Shown piece by piece: positions 1 to 9,647 of a DNA stretch of 64,000 nucleotides. Positions within the stretch are counted from its first letter, which is position 1, and the number at the start of each line of letters is the position of its first letter. The stretch lies in contig LCRY01000002.1 in the NCBI GenBank assembly GCA_001004905.1, positions 378,129 through 442,128 of the forward strand, read 5' to 3'. The position numbers and the translations under genes were made by a program. Under the pieces are notes generated by a model, which searched no databases, was not told where the DNA came from, and worked only from the letters and a program-made list of their open reading frames with translations. The DNA is from Parcubacteria group bacterium GW2011_GWA1_56_13 (GTDB lineage: Bacteria > Patescibacteriota > Minisyncoccia > Phycocordibacterales > Phycocordibacteraceae).

Positions 1-294
1 CCGTACAACCAACATAATGCCCGTCATTACATCGTAAGCTGTAAATGTAATACATAATTTTCTTCCCGCCTTCGCTCGTCTTGGCGGATTTCATCACGCC
101 GAAGCCGAGCTACTGCGAGGCGAAGGCGGAGAGGGTGGGACCGTGAGTACACTTTCGGTCACACATAAAATCCTGCTGGATTTTTGCGCGGCCCCGCCTC
201 GTCCTTCAACAACCTCAGGACTCCGGCTTTCGAATCCCACCCTCTCGCGCAAAATATAATCGCTGGAAGCTTTCGCTTCCGACTCGTTATTTTG

Positions 295-381
295 CGGAGA
301 GGGTGGGATTCGAACCCACGAGGAACTTTCGCCCCTGCTGGTTTTCGAAACCAGTGCATTCGACCACTCTGCCACCTCTCC
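295..381 (-). tRNA. tRNA-Ser(CGA), long variable arm, CCA not encoded
   Basis: Reverse complement reads ggagagg acceptor, D-arm, anticodon loop ttCGAaa, long extra arm, T-arm gggttcgaatccc, acceptor cctctcc. Confidence 0.8.
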
Positions 382-491
382 GTGTGTGCCGCGATTCTAG
401 CATTTCAGCAGAAAAATGGTAAGGTTTTAATCACGGCTAAACCATTCCACAAAGCGGAATGGTCGCCCAAATAAATCAAGATTTGTTTTAT

Positions 492-563
492 GGCCCTATC
501 GTCTAACGGTTAGGACGAGAGCTTTTCAAGCTCTAAACCCGGGTTCGACTCCCGGTAGGGTCA
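492..563 (+). tRNA. tRNA-Glu(TTC)
   Basis: ggcccta acceptor, D-arm tcgtctaacggttaggacg, anticodon stem/loop gagag-cttTTCaag-ctct, T-arm ccgggttcgactcccgg, tagggtc. Confidence 0.8.
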
Positions 564-644
564 CACAAGGTATACTTCAATTCGTGAAAATAATCTTTCT
601 CAATGCGTGGGGCGGAAAAATGAAAAAGGAGTTGCGCGGCTTTT

Positions 645-1205
645 TTGAACTGCAGGTACAGGTCTGCGATAGAAAGGTTCGATATGGCGACGTACGTTCG
701 CAAGACAGTTCCCGTGCGGCACTCCGAACTCGCATTCCACGATGGGGAGAGAATGTCGGGGATGGGTATATGCACGGAGATCGAATACCGGGGAAACCTC
801 CTCTATGTCCTCAATTACGGCGGCATATCGCGCCCTGGAAAACTCGACACGCCGGAGCGCATCCGGCAGTCGAAAAAGATTCTTGCGTACTACGGTACAA
901 AACAAGGACCGAAGATACTCGGCGGCGACTTCAACGTACTGCCTGAGACGAGGAGCATTCAGATGTTCATTGAGCACGGATACCGCGAACTCGTCCACGA
1001 ATTCGCCATACCGACGACGAGGAACCATTTGGCATGGGACAGATTCCCCACGAAACTGCTGTTTTCGGACTATGTGTTCGTCTCGAACGATATCGAGGTG
1101 AAAGATTTCAAGGTGCCGGATATGGAAATTTCCGACCATCTGCCGCTCATCCTAGAGTGCGACCCTCCGCCGGCTCGGATTATGGGCAGCTCTGTTGGCT
1201 CGTGA
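645..1205 (+). CDS. endonuclease/exonuclease/phosphatase (EEP) family protein
   Basis: 186-aa ORF with GGDFNVLPE and SDHLPLILE motifs typical of the EEP fold. Start uncertain; MATYV at 684 is an alternative. Confidence 0.55.
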   Translation: MNCRYRSAIERFDMATYVRKTVPVRHSELAFHDGERMSGMGICTEIEYRGNLLYVLNYGGISRPGKLDTPERIRQSKKILAYYGTKQGPKILGGDFNVLPETRSIQMFIEHGYRELVHEFAIPTTRNHLAWDRFPTKLLFSDYVFVSNDIEVKDFKVPDMEISDHLPLILECDPPPARIMGSSVGS

Positions 1206-1220
1206 TATAGTCCAGGTCAC

Positions 1221-1293
1221 GCGCGGTTAGCTCAGTTGGTAGAGCACTTCCTTGACGTGGATGGGGTCATAGGTTCGAGTCCTATACCGCGCA
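1221..1293 (+). tRNA. tRNA-Val(GAC)
   Basis: gcgcggt/accgcgc acceptor, D-arm agctcagttggtagagc, anticodon loop ttGACgt with one U-U mismatch in the stem, T-arm ataggttcgagtcctat. Confidence 0.7.
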
Positions 1294-1351
1294 CTAGCGA
1301 CACCTGACCAGGTCCCGTACATCACTTGATTTCGTGCTATAACATTATCTA

Positions 1352-2161
1352 ATGCGTCCCAAACGGCACGGCACATACGAAAAAAGAGAGCGGCCTGCGC
1401 ACCGCTCATCCTCTCCCGGAAAGATACATGTGTACGGCAAGCACGCGCTCATGGAAGCGCTCCAGCATAGCCCGCAGGTCATTCGCAAGGTGTTCCTCTC
1501 GCCAGGCCTGCGCGACACGGAGTTGAACGTCCTCCTCACGAAGCACAACATTCCCACCGCTCCGCTTGCGCCGGGCCGCGGCTCGGAACTCGTGGGACGC
1601 GACACGGCGCATCAGGGCATTATCGCCACAATGAACCCCTCTTCCCTGCTCGTTTCACTGGATGACTTTCTGGCGACTCTTCCTGCGTCAAGATCCACTA
1701 AAACCTCGGTTGCGGTTTTAGCGGAAGTACAAGACCCGCACAATGTCGGTGCCATCATACGCTCGGCCGCGGCGTTCGGGCTCACCGGCGTTCTCATTCC
1801 CGAGCATAATCAGGCGGGTGTCACCGGCGCGGTCGTAAAGGCGTCGGCGGGCATGGTATTCCGCATCCCGCTCGTTTCCATAGGCAACGTGAATCACGCT
1901 CTGCAGGTGCTCAAACAAAAAGGGTTCTGGACCTACGGCCTCGCGATGGATGGAAAGACAACGCTCGGCGCCGAGCCGTTCGACGCGCCCGCGGCATTCG
2001 TCGTCGGCAATGAAGGAGCCGGTATACGGGAAAAAACGCTCACCGCCTGCGACATAACGCTCAAGGTTCCCATGCACGCACGCACCGAATCACTGAACGC
2101 CGCCGTTTCCGCCGCCATCGTCTTTTACGAGTGGTCGAGAAAGCACCCCGAAGCCCTATGA
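1352..2161 (+). CDS. SpoU/TrmH-family RNA 2'-O-methyltransferase (RlmB-like)
   Basis: Start of family similarity (YGKHALMEAL), NVGAIIRSAAAFG, NEGAGI and ESLNAAVSAAIV motifs of the SPOUT class. The true start may be GTG 1430; the first ~25 codons look non-conserved. Confidence 0.7.
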   Translation: MRPKRHGTYEKRERPAHRSSSPGKIHVYGKHALMEALQHSPQVIRKVFLSPGLRDTELNVLLTKHNIPTAPLAPGRGSELVGRDTAHQGIIATMNPSSLLVSLDDFLATLPASRSTKTSVAVLAEVQDPHNVGAIIRSAAAFGLTGVLIPEHNQAGVTGAVVKASAGMVFRIPLVSIGNVNHALQVLKQKGFWTYGLAMDGKTTLGAEPFDAPAAFVVGNEGAGIREKTLTACDITLKVPMHARTESLNAAVSAAIVFYEWSRKHPEAL

Positions 2162-2204
2162 CCAGTTCAATTTCATTCAGGGTCATGGTGAGTTTTATCG
2201 AACC

Positions 2205-3068
2205 ATGACCCACGACCGGCACCTCGTTTCCCCTCCCTGGGACGATTATGAGCTTCTGGACTCGGGAGACAATATGAAGCTCGAGCGCTTCGGCCGCATC
2301 ACCATCGCGCGCCCTGAAACGCAGGCGCTTTGGGCGAAATGGCGGCCGCAGATATGGAAAGAAGCGGACGCCGAATTCGTCTTTCGCGACAAGAAAGGCG
2401 CGTGGGACATAAAAAAGCCGGTACCCGAGCGGTGGGAGCTCTCATGGAACGGCATCTGCTTCGGCGCACGGCTCACCAGATTCAAGCACACGGGCGTATT
2501 TCCCGAACAGTCCCCGAACTGGCAGTGGCTTACAGATACGATCGCAACGCTTGAAAAACCGAATGTGCTGAATCTATTCGGCTATACCGGCGTCGCTTCG
2601 CTCGCCGCCGCGCACGCGGGCGCGTTCGTGACGCATGTGGACGCCTCCAAACAATCGCTCGACTGGGCAAACCTAAATGCAAAACTGTCGCATGTGGACG
2701 AAGGCAGCATCCGGTGGATTCTGGACGATGCGCTCGCCTTCGCGAAGCGCGAAGCGCGGCGCGGCACCACCTACGACGGCATCATCCTCGACCCGCCCGC
2801 ATTCGGGCGGGGCGCTAAGGGCGAGGTCTGGAAGATCGAGGAAGATTTCCCCGTCCTGCTCCGGTCCCTCAAAGATCTGCTTTCGGAGAAACCCGGCTCA
2901 TTTTTTCTCGTCAACGGCTATGCCGCCGGCTACGCGTCCCGCTCCTTCGCGCAGGCGGTCGAAGGCATGTTTGGGAACGTCAATGGTGAAGCGGGCGAGC
3001 TCCATATAAAGGAGTCCTCGTCGGAACGGGTCATCCCTTCCGGTATCTATGTGCGCTTCACACGATAA
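2205..3068 (+). CDS. class I SAM-dependent rRNA methyltransferase (RlmI/RlmK-like)
   Basis: YELLDSGD...LERFG N-terminus, LNLFGYTGVASLAAA and ILDPPAFGRG motifs as in RlmI-type 23S m5C methyltransferases. Confidence 0.65.
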   Translation: MTHDRHLVSPPWDDYELLDSGDNMKLERFGRITIARPETQALWAKWRPQIWKEADAEFVFRDKKGAWDIKKPVPERWELSWNGICFGARLTRFKHTGVFPEQSPNWQWLTDTIATLEKPNVLNLFGYTGVASLAAAHAGAFVTHVDASKQSLDWANLNAKLSHVDEGSIRWILDDALAFAKREARRGTTYDGIILDPPAFGRGAKGEVWKIEEDFPVLLRSLKDLLSEKPGSFFLVNGYAAGYASRSFAQAVEGMFGNVNGEAGELHIKESSSERVIPSGIYVRFTR

Positions 3069-3085
3069 GCGGGTACACTACCCTC

Positions 3086-3946
3086 ATGAGCGGAAAAGGC
3101 ATCGTTATCCTCTACCACGGCGGCTGCCCTGACGGCTTCGGCGGCGCCTACGCCGCCTGGAAGAAATTCGGCGACTCGGCCGAATACATACCGGTAAAGC
3201 ACCAGCGGCCGGCTCCCGAAAATCTTGAAGGTCGTTCGCTCTATTTCGTTGATTTTTGCTATCCAAAGGACATTATGGATTCTTTCGTGGCGAAAGCGAA
3301 ATCGGTCGCCGTACTTGACCACCATATGAGCGCAAAAGATGTGGTTCAAAGCATGCCTGCCTTCGTGTTCGACAACAGGCGTTCCGGCGCGACCATTGCA
3401 TGGAACTATTTCCATCCCGATACTCCGGTGCCAAAACTGCTCACCTACGTCGAGGACGGCGATCTCTACACGTTCAAACTGCCCGATTCGCGGGCCATTT
3501 TGTCGTACACGTACGCCCGCCCGTTCCGTTTCGATGAATGGGACATGCTTGCAGGACGGCTCGAAACCGATGAAGGATATGCCGAATTCGTACGGGTCGG
3601 AAAGATCTACGCGGAGCATTTCGCCATCCTCGTTGAACAGATCGCGAGCAGAGCATCACTGGTCTCATTCGAAGGCTATGAATGCTATCTCGTCGGCAGT
3701 GCGGGCCTGTTCGCATCGGACGTCGGGAATCTCCTTGCCCGCATAAAGCCCCCGATGGGGATCATTCTCATGATGAGCGCGGATACGCTTTCCGTATCGC
3801 TGCGGAGCGATGCGTCCGTGGACGTGTCTGCTATCGCGAAAAAATATGGCGGCGGCGGGCATCCGCAGGCCTCCGGTTTTGATATCAAATGGGGCGACCC
3901 ACTCCCTTGGACCGTTCTCAAAGAACATGAGAATCCTCGCCACTGA
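3086..3946 (+). CDS. DHH/DHHA1 phosphoesterase (NrnA-like oligoribonuclease/pAp phosphatase)
   Basis: ILYHGGCPDGFGGAYA, VLDHH (DHH motif), C-terminal GGGGH (DHHA1). Confidence 0.7.
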   Translation: MSGKGIVILYHGGCPDGFGGAYAAWKKFGDSAEYIPVKHQRPAPENLEGRSLYFVDFCYPKDIMDSFVAKAKSVAVLDHHMSAKDVVQSMPAFVFDNRRSGATIAWNYFHPDTPVPKLLTYVEDGDLYTFKLPDSRAILSYTYARPFRFDEWDMLAGRLETDEGYAEFVRVGKIYAEHFAILVEQIASRASLVSFEGYECYLVGSAGLFASDVGNLLARIKPPMGIILMMSADTLSVSLRSDASVDVSAIAKKYGGGGHPQASGFDIKWGDPLPWTVLKEHENPRH

Positions 3947-4016
3947 AATGCCCTGCGACCCCGGTAGCACAACCTCGTTCCGCTCGGTTGGCTTACGGGG
4001 CAGGCGAAACTAAAGT

Positions 4017-5225
4017 ATGCGTATTCTTGCTATAGAAACGAGCTGTGATGAAACCGCCATCGCCATTGTCGAGGCAACGGGGGATGAAAAAGCGGCGAAG
4101 TTCCGCGTACTCGGGAATGCGCTTCTCTCGCAGGTCGAGACACACGCGAAGTATGGGGGCGTTTTTCCGTCCCTCGCGAAACGCGAGCACGCGAAAAATC
4201 TCGTTCCGATACTCGAAGCGGCGCTCGAAGAAGCGGAACTTTTGCACGAAGATACGCAGGTGATTCCGGATACCATCCGGAATCAGGTCGAGAAAATCCT
4301 TGAGCGAGAACCCGAGCTCGGCGAGCCGTTCCTCGACTTCGTCTCGGAATCCGAACGACCCGACATAGACGCCATCGCGGTAACGGCTGGTCCGGGGCTT
4401 GAACCGGCGCTATGGGTCGGCATCAATTTCGCGCGTGCTCTCTCGCTCCTCTGGGGAAAGCCCCTCGTCGCTGTTAACCACATGGAGGGCCACGTGATTT
4501 CCGCCTTGGCTAACGGAAATCACGTCGCCCCGCCCTTGGCGGGTAGCGACGCGCGAGCGTATCTTGAGATCAAAAACGTTGAGATACCGGTGCTGGCGCT
4601 TCTGATTTCCGGCGGGCACACCGAGCTCGTTGTCATGAGGAAGTGGCTCTCGTATGAACGCGTTGGCCAGACGCGCGACGACGCGGTGGGCGAAGCGTTC
4701 GATAAAGTCGCCCGCATGCTCGCGCTCCCCTATCCGGGCGGGCCTGAAATATCGCGTCTCGCCGAAGCGTCCCGCTCCGCGGGCGACACCCCTTCGTTCA
4801 CCCTGCCGCGGCCGATGATGCACTCGGATGTCTGCGATTTCTCGTTCGCGGGACTGAAGACGGCGGTGCTGTACCTGCTGAAGACGAAAACGGACCTGAC
4901 GGCCAAGGAAAAACAACACATCGCGCACGAATTCGAGAACGCCGTCGCCGAAGTGCTGTGGAGGAAGACCGAGTTGGCGCTTGGGCGGACGGGCGCGCGT
5001 ACGCTGGTCCTGGGCGGCGGCGTCTCGGCGAACGCGCACATCCGCCGCGAGTTCGCGCGCAACATGCGGCGGGAATATCCCGACCGCGCGCTGCGTATCC
5101 CTGCGGCCTCGCTCACGACCGACAACGCCATCATGATAGCCCTCGCCGGCTTCTACCGGGCGCGTCAGAACGATTTCGCGTCCGCCGATGCGCTTCAAGC
5201 CGACGGAAACGCCCGTCTCGGATAA
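4017..5225 (+). CDS. tsaD: tRNA N6-adenosine threonylcarbamoyltransferase TsaD (Kae1/Gcp family)
   Basis: MRILAIETSCDETAIAIV, VNHMEGH, LISGGHTELV, LGGGVSAN motifs, with long inserts. Confidence 0.85.
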   Translation: MRILAIETSCDETAIAIVEATGDEKAAKFRVLGNALLSQVETHAKYGGVFPSLAKREHAKNLVPILEAALEEAELLHEDTQVIPDTIRNQVEKILEREPELGEPFLDFVSESERPDIDAIAVTAGPGLEPALWVGINFARALSLLWGKPLVAVNHMEGHVISALANGNHVAPPLAGSDARAYLEIKNVEIPVLALLISGGHTELVVMRKWLSYERVGQTRDDAVGEAFDKVARMLALPYPGGPEISRLAEASRSAGDTPSFTLPRPMMHSDVCDFSFAGLKTAVLYLLKTKTDLTAKEKQHIAHEFENAVAEVLWRKTELALGRTGARTLVLGGGVSANAHIRREFARNMRREYPDRALRIPAASLTTDNAIMIALAGFYRARQNDFASADALQADGNARLG

Positions 5226-5260
5226 TTTGCGGGCTTTCGCCGCAGGGGTATACTGGCTTC

Positions 5261-5947
5261 ATGAACCAGGTGCGGCCCGACCAGTCCCTCCAACAGTTCC
5301 AGTCCGGTGTCGCAGCTATGTACGGTCTGGCGGACGACCGGCACTACTCCATCTTCGACCTTCTGACCCAGCTGCAGCGCTTCACCATGCGCGTCCTCAA
5401 GGGCATCCGCAAGGGCGACGATGAGAAACTGCGCACCAACCTTCTCATATCCTGCACGTGGCTCATGGCTATCGCGAATCGTCTGCATATCAACGTCGAG
5501 GACCAGGTATGGGAACGCTTCCCCGCCCTTTGCTCATACTGCGGCCTTGCGCCCTGCAAGTGCAAAAAGATACACCCGGAAAAACGCGCGGAAATAAAAC
5601 ACGACCACTCACAGCGTCCCGCCAACATCAAGGGATTTCAAGAAATGTTCCGCTCCGTCTATCCGCCCGAAAGTCGCACCCTGCTTGATGCCGGCGTGCA
5701 CCTCGCCGAGGAGACGGGCGAGGTGAGCGAGGCCATCCACAACTTCCTCGGCCAGCATCTGCAAAAGCAATTCGATGAAATAGAAAAGGAGATAGCCGAT
5801 TACGTTTCCTGCCTTTTCGGCGTGGCGAATTCCGCTTCCATCGACATCGCTCCCGCGCTCCACGATATGTTCAAGGACGGCTGCCACGTGTGCCACCGCA
5901 CCCCGTGCACCTGCACATTTTCGGAGGTGACCGCGTTCCGATCGTAA
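5261..5947 (+). CDS. MazG-like nucleotide pyrophosphohydrolase domain protein with two Cys clusters
   Basis: The ORF track extends upstream into tsaD. ATG 5261 (MNQVRP) follows the tsaD stop. LAEETGEVSEAIHN (EExxE) MazG motif. CSYCGLAPCKCKK and CHVCHRTPCTC look like zinc-ribbon insertions. Confidence 0.5.
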   Translation: MNQVRPDQSLQQFQSGVAAMYGLADDRHYSIFDLLTQLQRFTMRVLKGIRKGDDEKLRTNLLISCTWLMAIANRLHINVEDQVWERFPALCSYCGLAPCKCKKIHPEKRAEIKHDHSQRPANIKGFQEMFRSVYPPESRTLLDAGVHLAEETGEVSEAIHNFLGQHLQKQFDEIEKEIADYVSCLFGVANSASIDIAPALHDMFKDGCHVCHRTPCTCTFSEVTAFRS

Positions 5948-5998
5948 GGACGGAGCCGGTGAGAATATTCGTCCGATATTTGCTATATTTCATAGACA

Positions 5999-8209
5999 AT
6001 GCCCGAAAAATTCCTGAAACCATACGACCCCGCGGCGACGGAGTCGCGCGTCTATGCGGAGTGGGAAAAAAGCGGGCTCTTTAATCCCGACGAGTGCGTC
6101 AAACAGGGCGTCACAACGGCCGATGCCCCTCCCTACTCCATCGTGCTTCCGCCGCCGAACGTCACCGGGCGATTGCATATGGGTCACGCGCTCATGCTTG
6201 CCGTCGAGGACGCGTTCGTGCGGTACAGGCGCATGCGCGGCTTCCGCACACTCTGGGTACCCGGCACCGACCACGCAGCCATCGCGACGCAATCGGTCGT
6301 TGAGAAACAGCTTAAGAAGGACACCGGAAAGAACCGCCACGACCTCGGACGCGAGGGCTTGTTGAAGCACATCGAAGCGTTCGCGGCCGAGAGTCATGAC
6401 ACCATCGTCGGACAGCTCAAGACGATGGGTGCTTCGCTCGATTGGTCGCGCGAAGCGTTCACGCTTGATGAGGTGCGCAGCCGCGCGGTGCGCAACGTGT
6501 TCAAGCAGATGTATGATGCCGGCCTCATTTACCGGGGGCTTCGCATCGTCAACTGGGACCCAAAAGGCCAGACCACTATTTCCGACGACGAGATCGTGTA
6601 CGAAGAACGCCCCGCGAAGCTCTATACGTTCCGCTACAGCAAGGACTTCCCCATTCCGATCGCAACGACACGCCCTGAAACGAAGGTGGGCGACGTGGCG
6701 GTCGCCGTCCACCCGGATGACGCGCGATACGCCGGATTCGTTGGAAAAGAATACGACGCTCTTTTCTGCGACGTGCCCATCCATATAAAGGTGGTGGCGG
6801 ATGCCGCGGTTGACCCGGCGTTTGGTACGGGCGCCGTCGGCGTAACGCCGGCGCACAGCCAGACCGACTGGGACATCGCTGACCGGCACCTCCTTTCGCA
6901 CGAAACTATCGTCATAAACGAGTACGCGAAGATGATGGTACCCGGCCGCCTCGAAGGAAAGAAGACCTCCGAGGCGCGCGAGATGGTCGTTGCGTGGCTT
7001 ACGGACGAAGAACTGCTTGAGAAAGAAGAGCCCATCACGCAAAGCATAGCGACGGCGGAACGCACCGGCGGCATTATCGAGCCCCTGCCGAAACTACAAT
7101 GGTTCATCGCCGTGGACACGAAAATCCCGGGCCGCGGAAAAACGCTCAAGGAGCTCATGCTGGAACCCGTACGTTCCGGAGCGATCAAGATCGTTCCCGA
7201 ATATTTCGACAAAACCTATTTCCACTGGATAGAGAACCTGCGCGATTGGTGCATCAGCCGGCAGATCTGGTATGGGCACCGGATACCCGTCTGGTACCGT
7301 TCGCCTGACGCTCACGGCAAGCAAGGCGAGGAAATAATGGTCGGTATCGAGCCGAAGGAGGCCGGGTGGTCCCAGGACGAGGATACGCTTGATACGTGGT
7401 TCTCTTCGGGTTTGTGGACATTCTCGACCTTGGGATGGCCGGAGGACACTGCGGACATTAAGACATATCACCCCACCGACCTGCTCGAAACCGGTTACGA
7501 CATCCTCTTTTTCTGGGTCGCGCGCATGATACTCATGACCGAATTCGTACTGAACACCGTTCCGTTCAAAACCGTGTACCTGCACGGCCTCGTTCGCGAT
7601 GCACAGGGGCGCAAAATGTCGAAATCGCTCGGCAACAGCCTCGACCCCTTGGACATATCGGCGAAGTTCGGTGCAGATGCGGCACGGATGGCGCTCGTCG
7701 TCGGCAATACTCCGGGAACCGATCTGCGCATGAGCGAAGACAAGATAAAGGGCTACAAACACTTCGCGAACAAGCTTTGGAACATCGCGCGGTTCATTTT
7801 AGAAAATACTCCCAATGCTGACACGAATACGCCATTGACCGCCGAGGATAAAGAGGTTTTTTCCAAACTCGATGCGCTCGCCCGTGAAGTGACGGAGGAT
7901 ATGGAGAACTATCGCATCTATCTCGCCGCCGAAAAGCTCTATCACTATGCGTGGCACGAGCTCGCGGACAAGATATTGGAAGAGTCGAAACCCATATTCG
8001 CAGGAAGCGACGAAGCCGCGCGCGCTTCGCGCGCGCGGCTCCTCCTCGCGCTCCTCGATCGCACCCTGCGGCTCCTGCACCCATTCATGCCGTTCATCAC
8101 CGAGGAAATTTATCAGTCCATGCCGACGAAAGATTCCGAATTCCTGATGGTCGCCAAGTGGCCTATTCAATCTGAAAAATTGAAACTCTCTAAGTCAATT
8201 TCCAGATAA
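5999..8209 (+). CDS. valS: valine--tRNA ligase
   Basis: PPPNVTGRLHMGHA (HIGH) and KMSKSLGN (KMSKS) class I signatures of ValRS. 736 aa. The last ~14 codons lie in AT-rich DNA. Confidence 0.8.
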   Translation: MPEKFLKPYDPAATESRVYAEWEKSGLFNPDECVKQGVTTADAPPYSIVLPPPNVTGRLHMGHALMLAVEDAFVRYRRMRGFRTLWVPGTDHAAIATQSVVEKQLKKDTGKNRHDLGREGLLKHIEAFAAESHDTIVGQLKTMGASLDWSREAFTLDEVRSRAVRNVFKQMYDAGLIYRGLRIVNWDPKGQTTISDDEIVYEERPAKLYTFRYSKDFPIPIATTRPETKVGDVAVAVHPDDARYAGFVGKEYDALFCDVPIHIKVVADAAVDPAFGTGAVGVTPAHSQTDWDIADRHLLSHETIVINEYAKMMVPGRLEGKKTSEAREMVVAWLTDEELLEKEEPITQSIATAERTGGIIEPLPKLQWFIAVDTKIPGRGKTLKELMLEPVRSGAIKIVPEYFDKTYFHWIENLRDWCISRQIWYGHRIPVWYRSPDAHGKQGEEIMVGIEPKEAGWSQDEDTLDTWFSSGLWTFSTLGWPEDTADIKTYHPTDLLETGYDILFFWVARMILMTEFVLNTVPFKTVYLHGLVRDAQGRKMSKSLGNSLDPLDISAKFGADAARMALVVGNTPGTDLRMSEDKIKGYKHFANKLWNIARFILENTPNADTNTPLTAEDKEVFSKLDALAREVTEDMENYRIYLAAEKLYHYAWHELADKILEESKPIFAGSDEAARASRARLLLALLDRTLRLLHPFMPFITEEIYQSMPTKDSEFLMVAKWPIQSEKLKLSKSISR

Positions 8210-8904
8210 TCGTAATACTTCTTGTTTTCAAGATCATAACTACCGTTTTCAAATTTATTTTTCGGATTCGAGAGTTTGAGAGGGTTTTTCTGGAACAGGC
8301 AGACTTCACTCTTTAGTGGCTTGCCAGGATAAAAATGGAGAACCCATTTTTCTGTACCAGGAACAAACCGATTATTGAAGTTGAGTTTGCCTTTTGCGGC
8401 GAGATAAATGGTGGTGATTTCCTCGAGAATAAACATTATTTCTTTTTCTCCCAACCCATGTGGAGCATTTTTACAATCAAATTCAACACATGAACGAAAT
8501 TGAGCATCAGTTTTATACAAATCGAGCACTTTTGTGAATGTTGAAGGAAAGATCTCGGAATTATCTATAATGACTTGCCCAAAAGTATAGAATGAAAAAG
8601 CTTTTTTGATCCAAATATTGTCTTTCAAAACAATATTCATAAATCCATTTTTGTGCGCGACCATCAGTTCTTTATACCGATCACGGAGCATATTGGCCGG
8701 CTCATCGGAATGGAAATATAGATAATCGGAATACCAGGTCACCATTCCGATACCTTCAGTCCTATTAATCTTGGTGTCTATCCATTTTAGATCTTCAAAA
8801 CATTTTTCTGGGCTTTGGCGATTGCCTATACGGCTCATAGAAATGCCCCAAAATAGTATCCCCTCCTCGTTAGGTAATCGGCTTATGTCATGAAATCCAT
8901 GCAT
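8167..8904 (-). CDS. hypothetical protein encoded by an AT-rich (~38% GC) foreign segment
   Basis: 245-aa ORF convergent with valS and overlapping its 3' end. GC drops sharply between 8.16 and 8.90 kb. No recognisable motif. Confidence 0.5.
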   Translation of the reverse strand: MHGFHDISRLPNEEGILFWGISMSRIGNRQSPEKCFEDLKWIDTKINRTEGIGMVTWYSDYLYFHSDEPANMLRDRYKELMVAHKNGFMNIVLKDNIWIKKAFSFYTFGQVIIDNSEIFPSTFTKVLDLYKTDAQFRSCVEFDCKNAPHGLGEKEIMFILEEITTIYLAAKGKLNFNNRFVPGTEKWVLHFYPGKPLKSEVCLFQKNPLKLSNPKNKFENGSYDLENKKYYDYLEIDLESFNFSD

Positions 8905-9647
8905 TGCCCCTAGTATATACCTGTTACAATAAAGCCGTGGCTCCCATCACGCTCGGCTATGCGTTCATCGGCGGGCTCTTGCCGCCCCTCATTTGGCTCT
9001 ATTTTCTCCTCAAAGAAGACGCCAGTCACCCGGAGCCGCGTGTGCTCATCGCACTTACGTTCATCGGCGGGATGGCGGCCGTGCCGCTCGCACTGCCGCT
9101 TGAACAGTACGCAAAAGCCCATCTCCTCGGTGACGTTTCGATCTTCACCGCCTGGGCGCTCATCGAAGAGACGCTTAAATACGGCGCCGCGGCGACCCTT
9201 ATCCTCTGGCGGAGCGCCGTGGACGAAGCGCCCGATTACGTCATCTATATGATCACGGCCGCGCTCGGCTTCGCATCGGCTGAAAACATGCTTTTTCTTA
9301 TCAATCCTCTTTTAGATGGCGGCTTCGCCACCGGATTCTTGACCAATAATATACGGTTCCTCGGCTCGACGCTGCTCCACGTGGTCGCTTCTGCGGCGAT
9401 CGGCTTCGCGCTCGCGTTTTCGACCGCAGACCGTCCGGCTGGGCGCGCCTTTGCCGCGGCGTTGGGACTTATCCTCGCTATCGTATTGCATACCGCCTTT
9501 AACATGCTTATTATTAACGAAGGTGCCTCAACCGCACTCGCCGCGTTTTTCTTCGTTTGGATAGCCGCCGTCATTTTCTTTGCGGTGTTTGAAGTGCTAA
9601 AATATTTTCAGTATCGTAGCCCTAACAACAATCCTCCCTTACCATGA
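8904..9647 (+). CDS. PrsW-family intramembrane glutamic protease
   Basis: Polytopic membrane protein with IEETLKYG (EExxK), FASAEN and LHTAFN motifs of the PrsW/YpdC family. TTG 8904 or GTG 8937 start. Confidence 0.65.
   Translation: MPLVYTCYNKAVAPITLGYAFIGGLLPPLIWLYFLLKEDASHPEPRVLIALTFIGGMAAVPLALPLEQYAKAHLLGDVSIFTAWALIEETLKYGAAATLILWRSAVDEAPDYVIYMITAALGFASAENMLFLINPLLDGGFATGFLTNNIRFLGSTLLHVVASAAIGFALAFSTADRPAGRAFAAALGLILAIVLHTAFNMLIINEGASTALAAFFFVWIAAVIFFAVFEVLKYFQYRSPNNNPPLP

Noticed and set aside
600-1139. 179-aa minus-strand ORF opposite the EEP gene
   Set aside because: The plus-strand frame carries the EEP catalytic motifs (GGDFNVLPE, SDHLPLILE). The antisense ORF has none.
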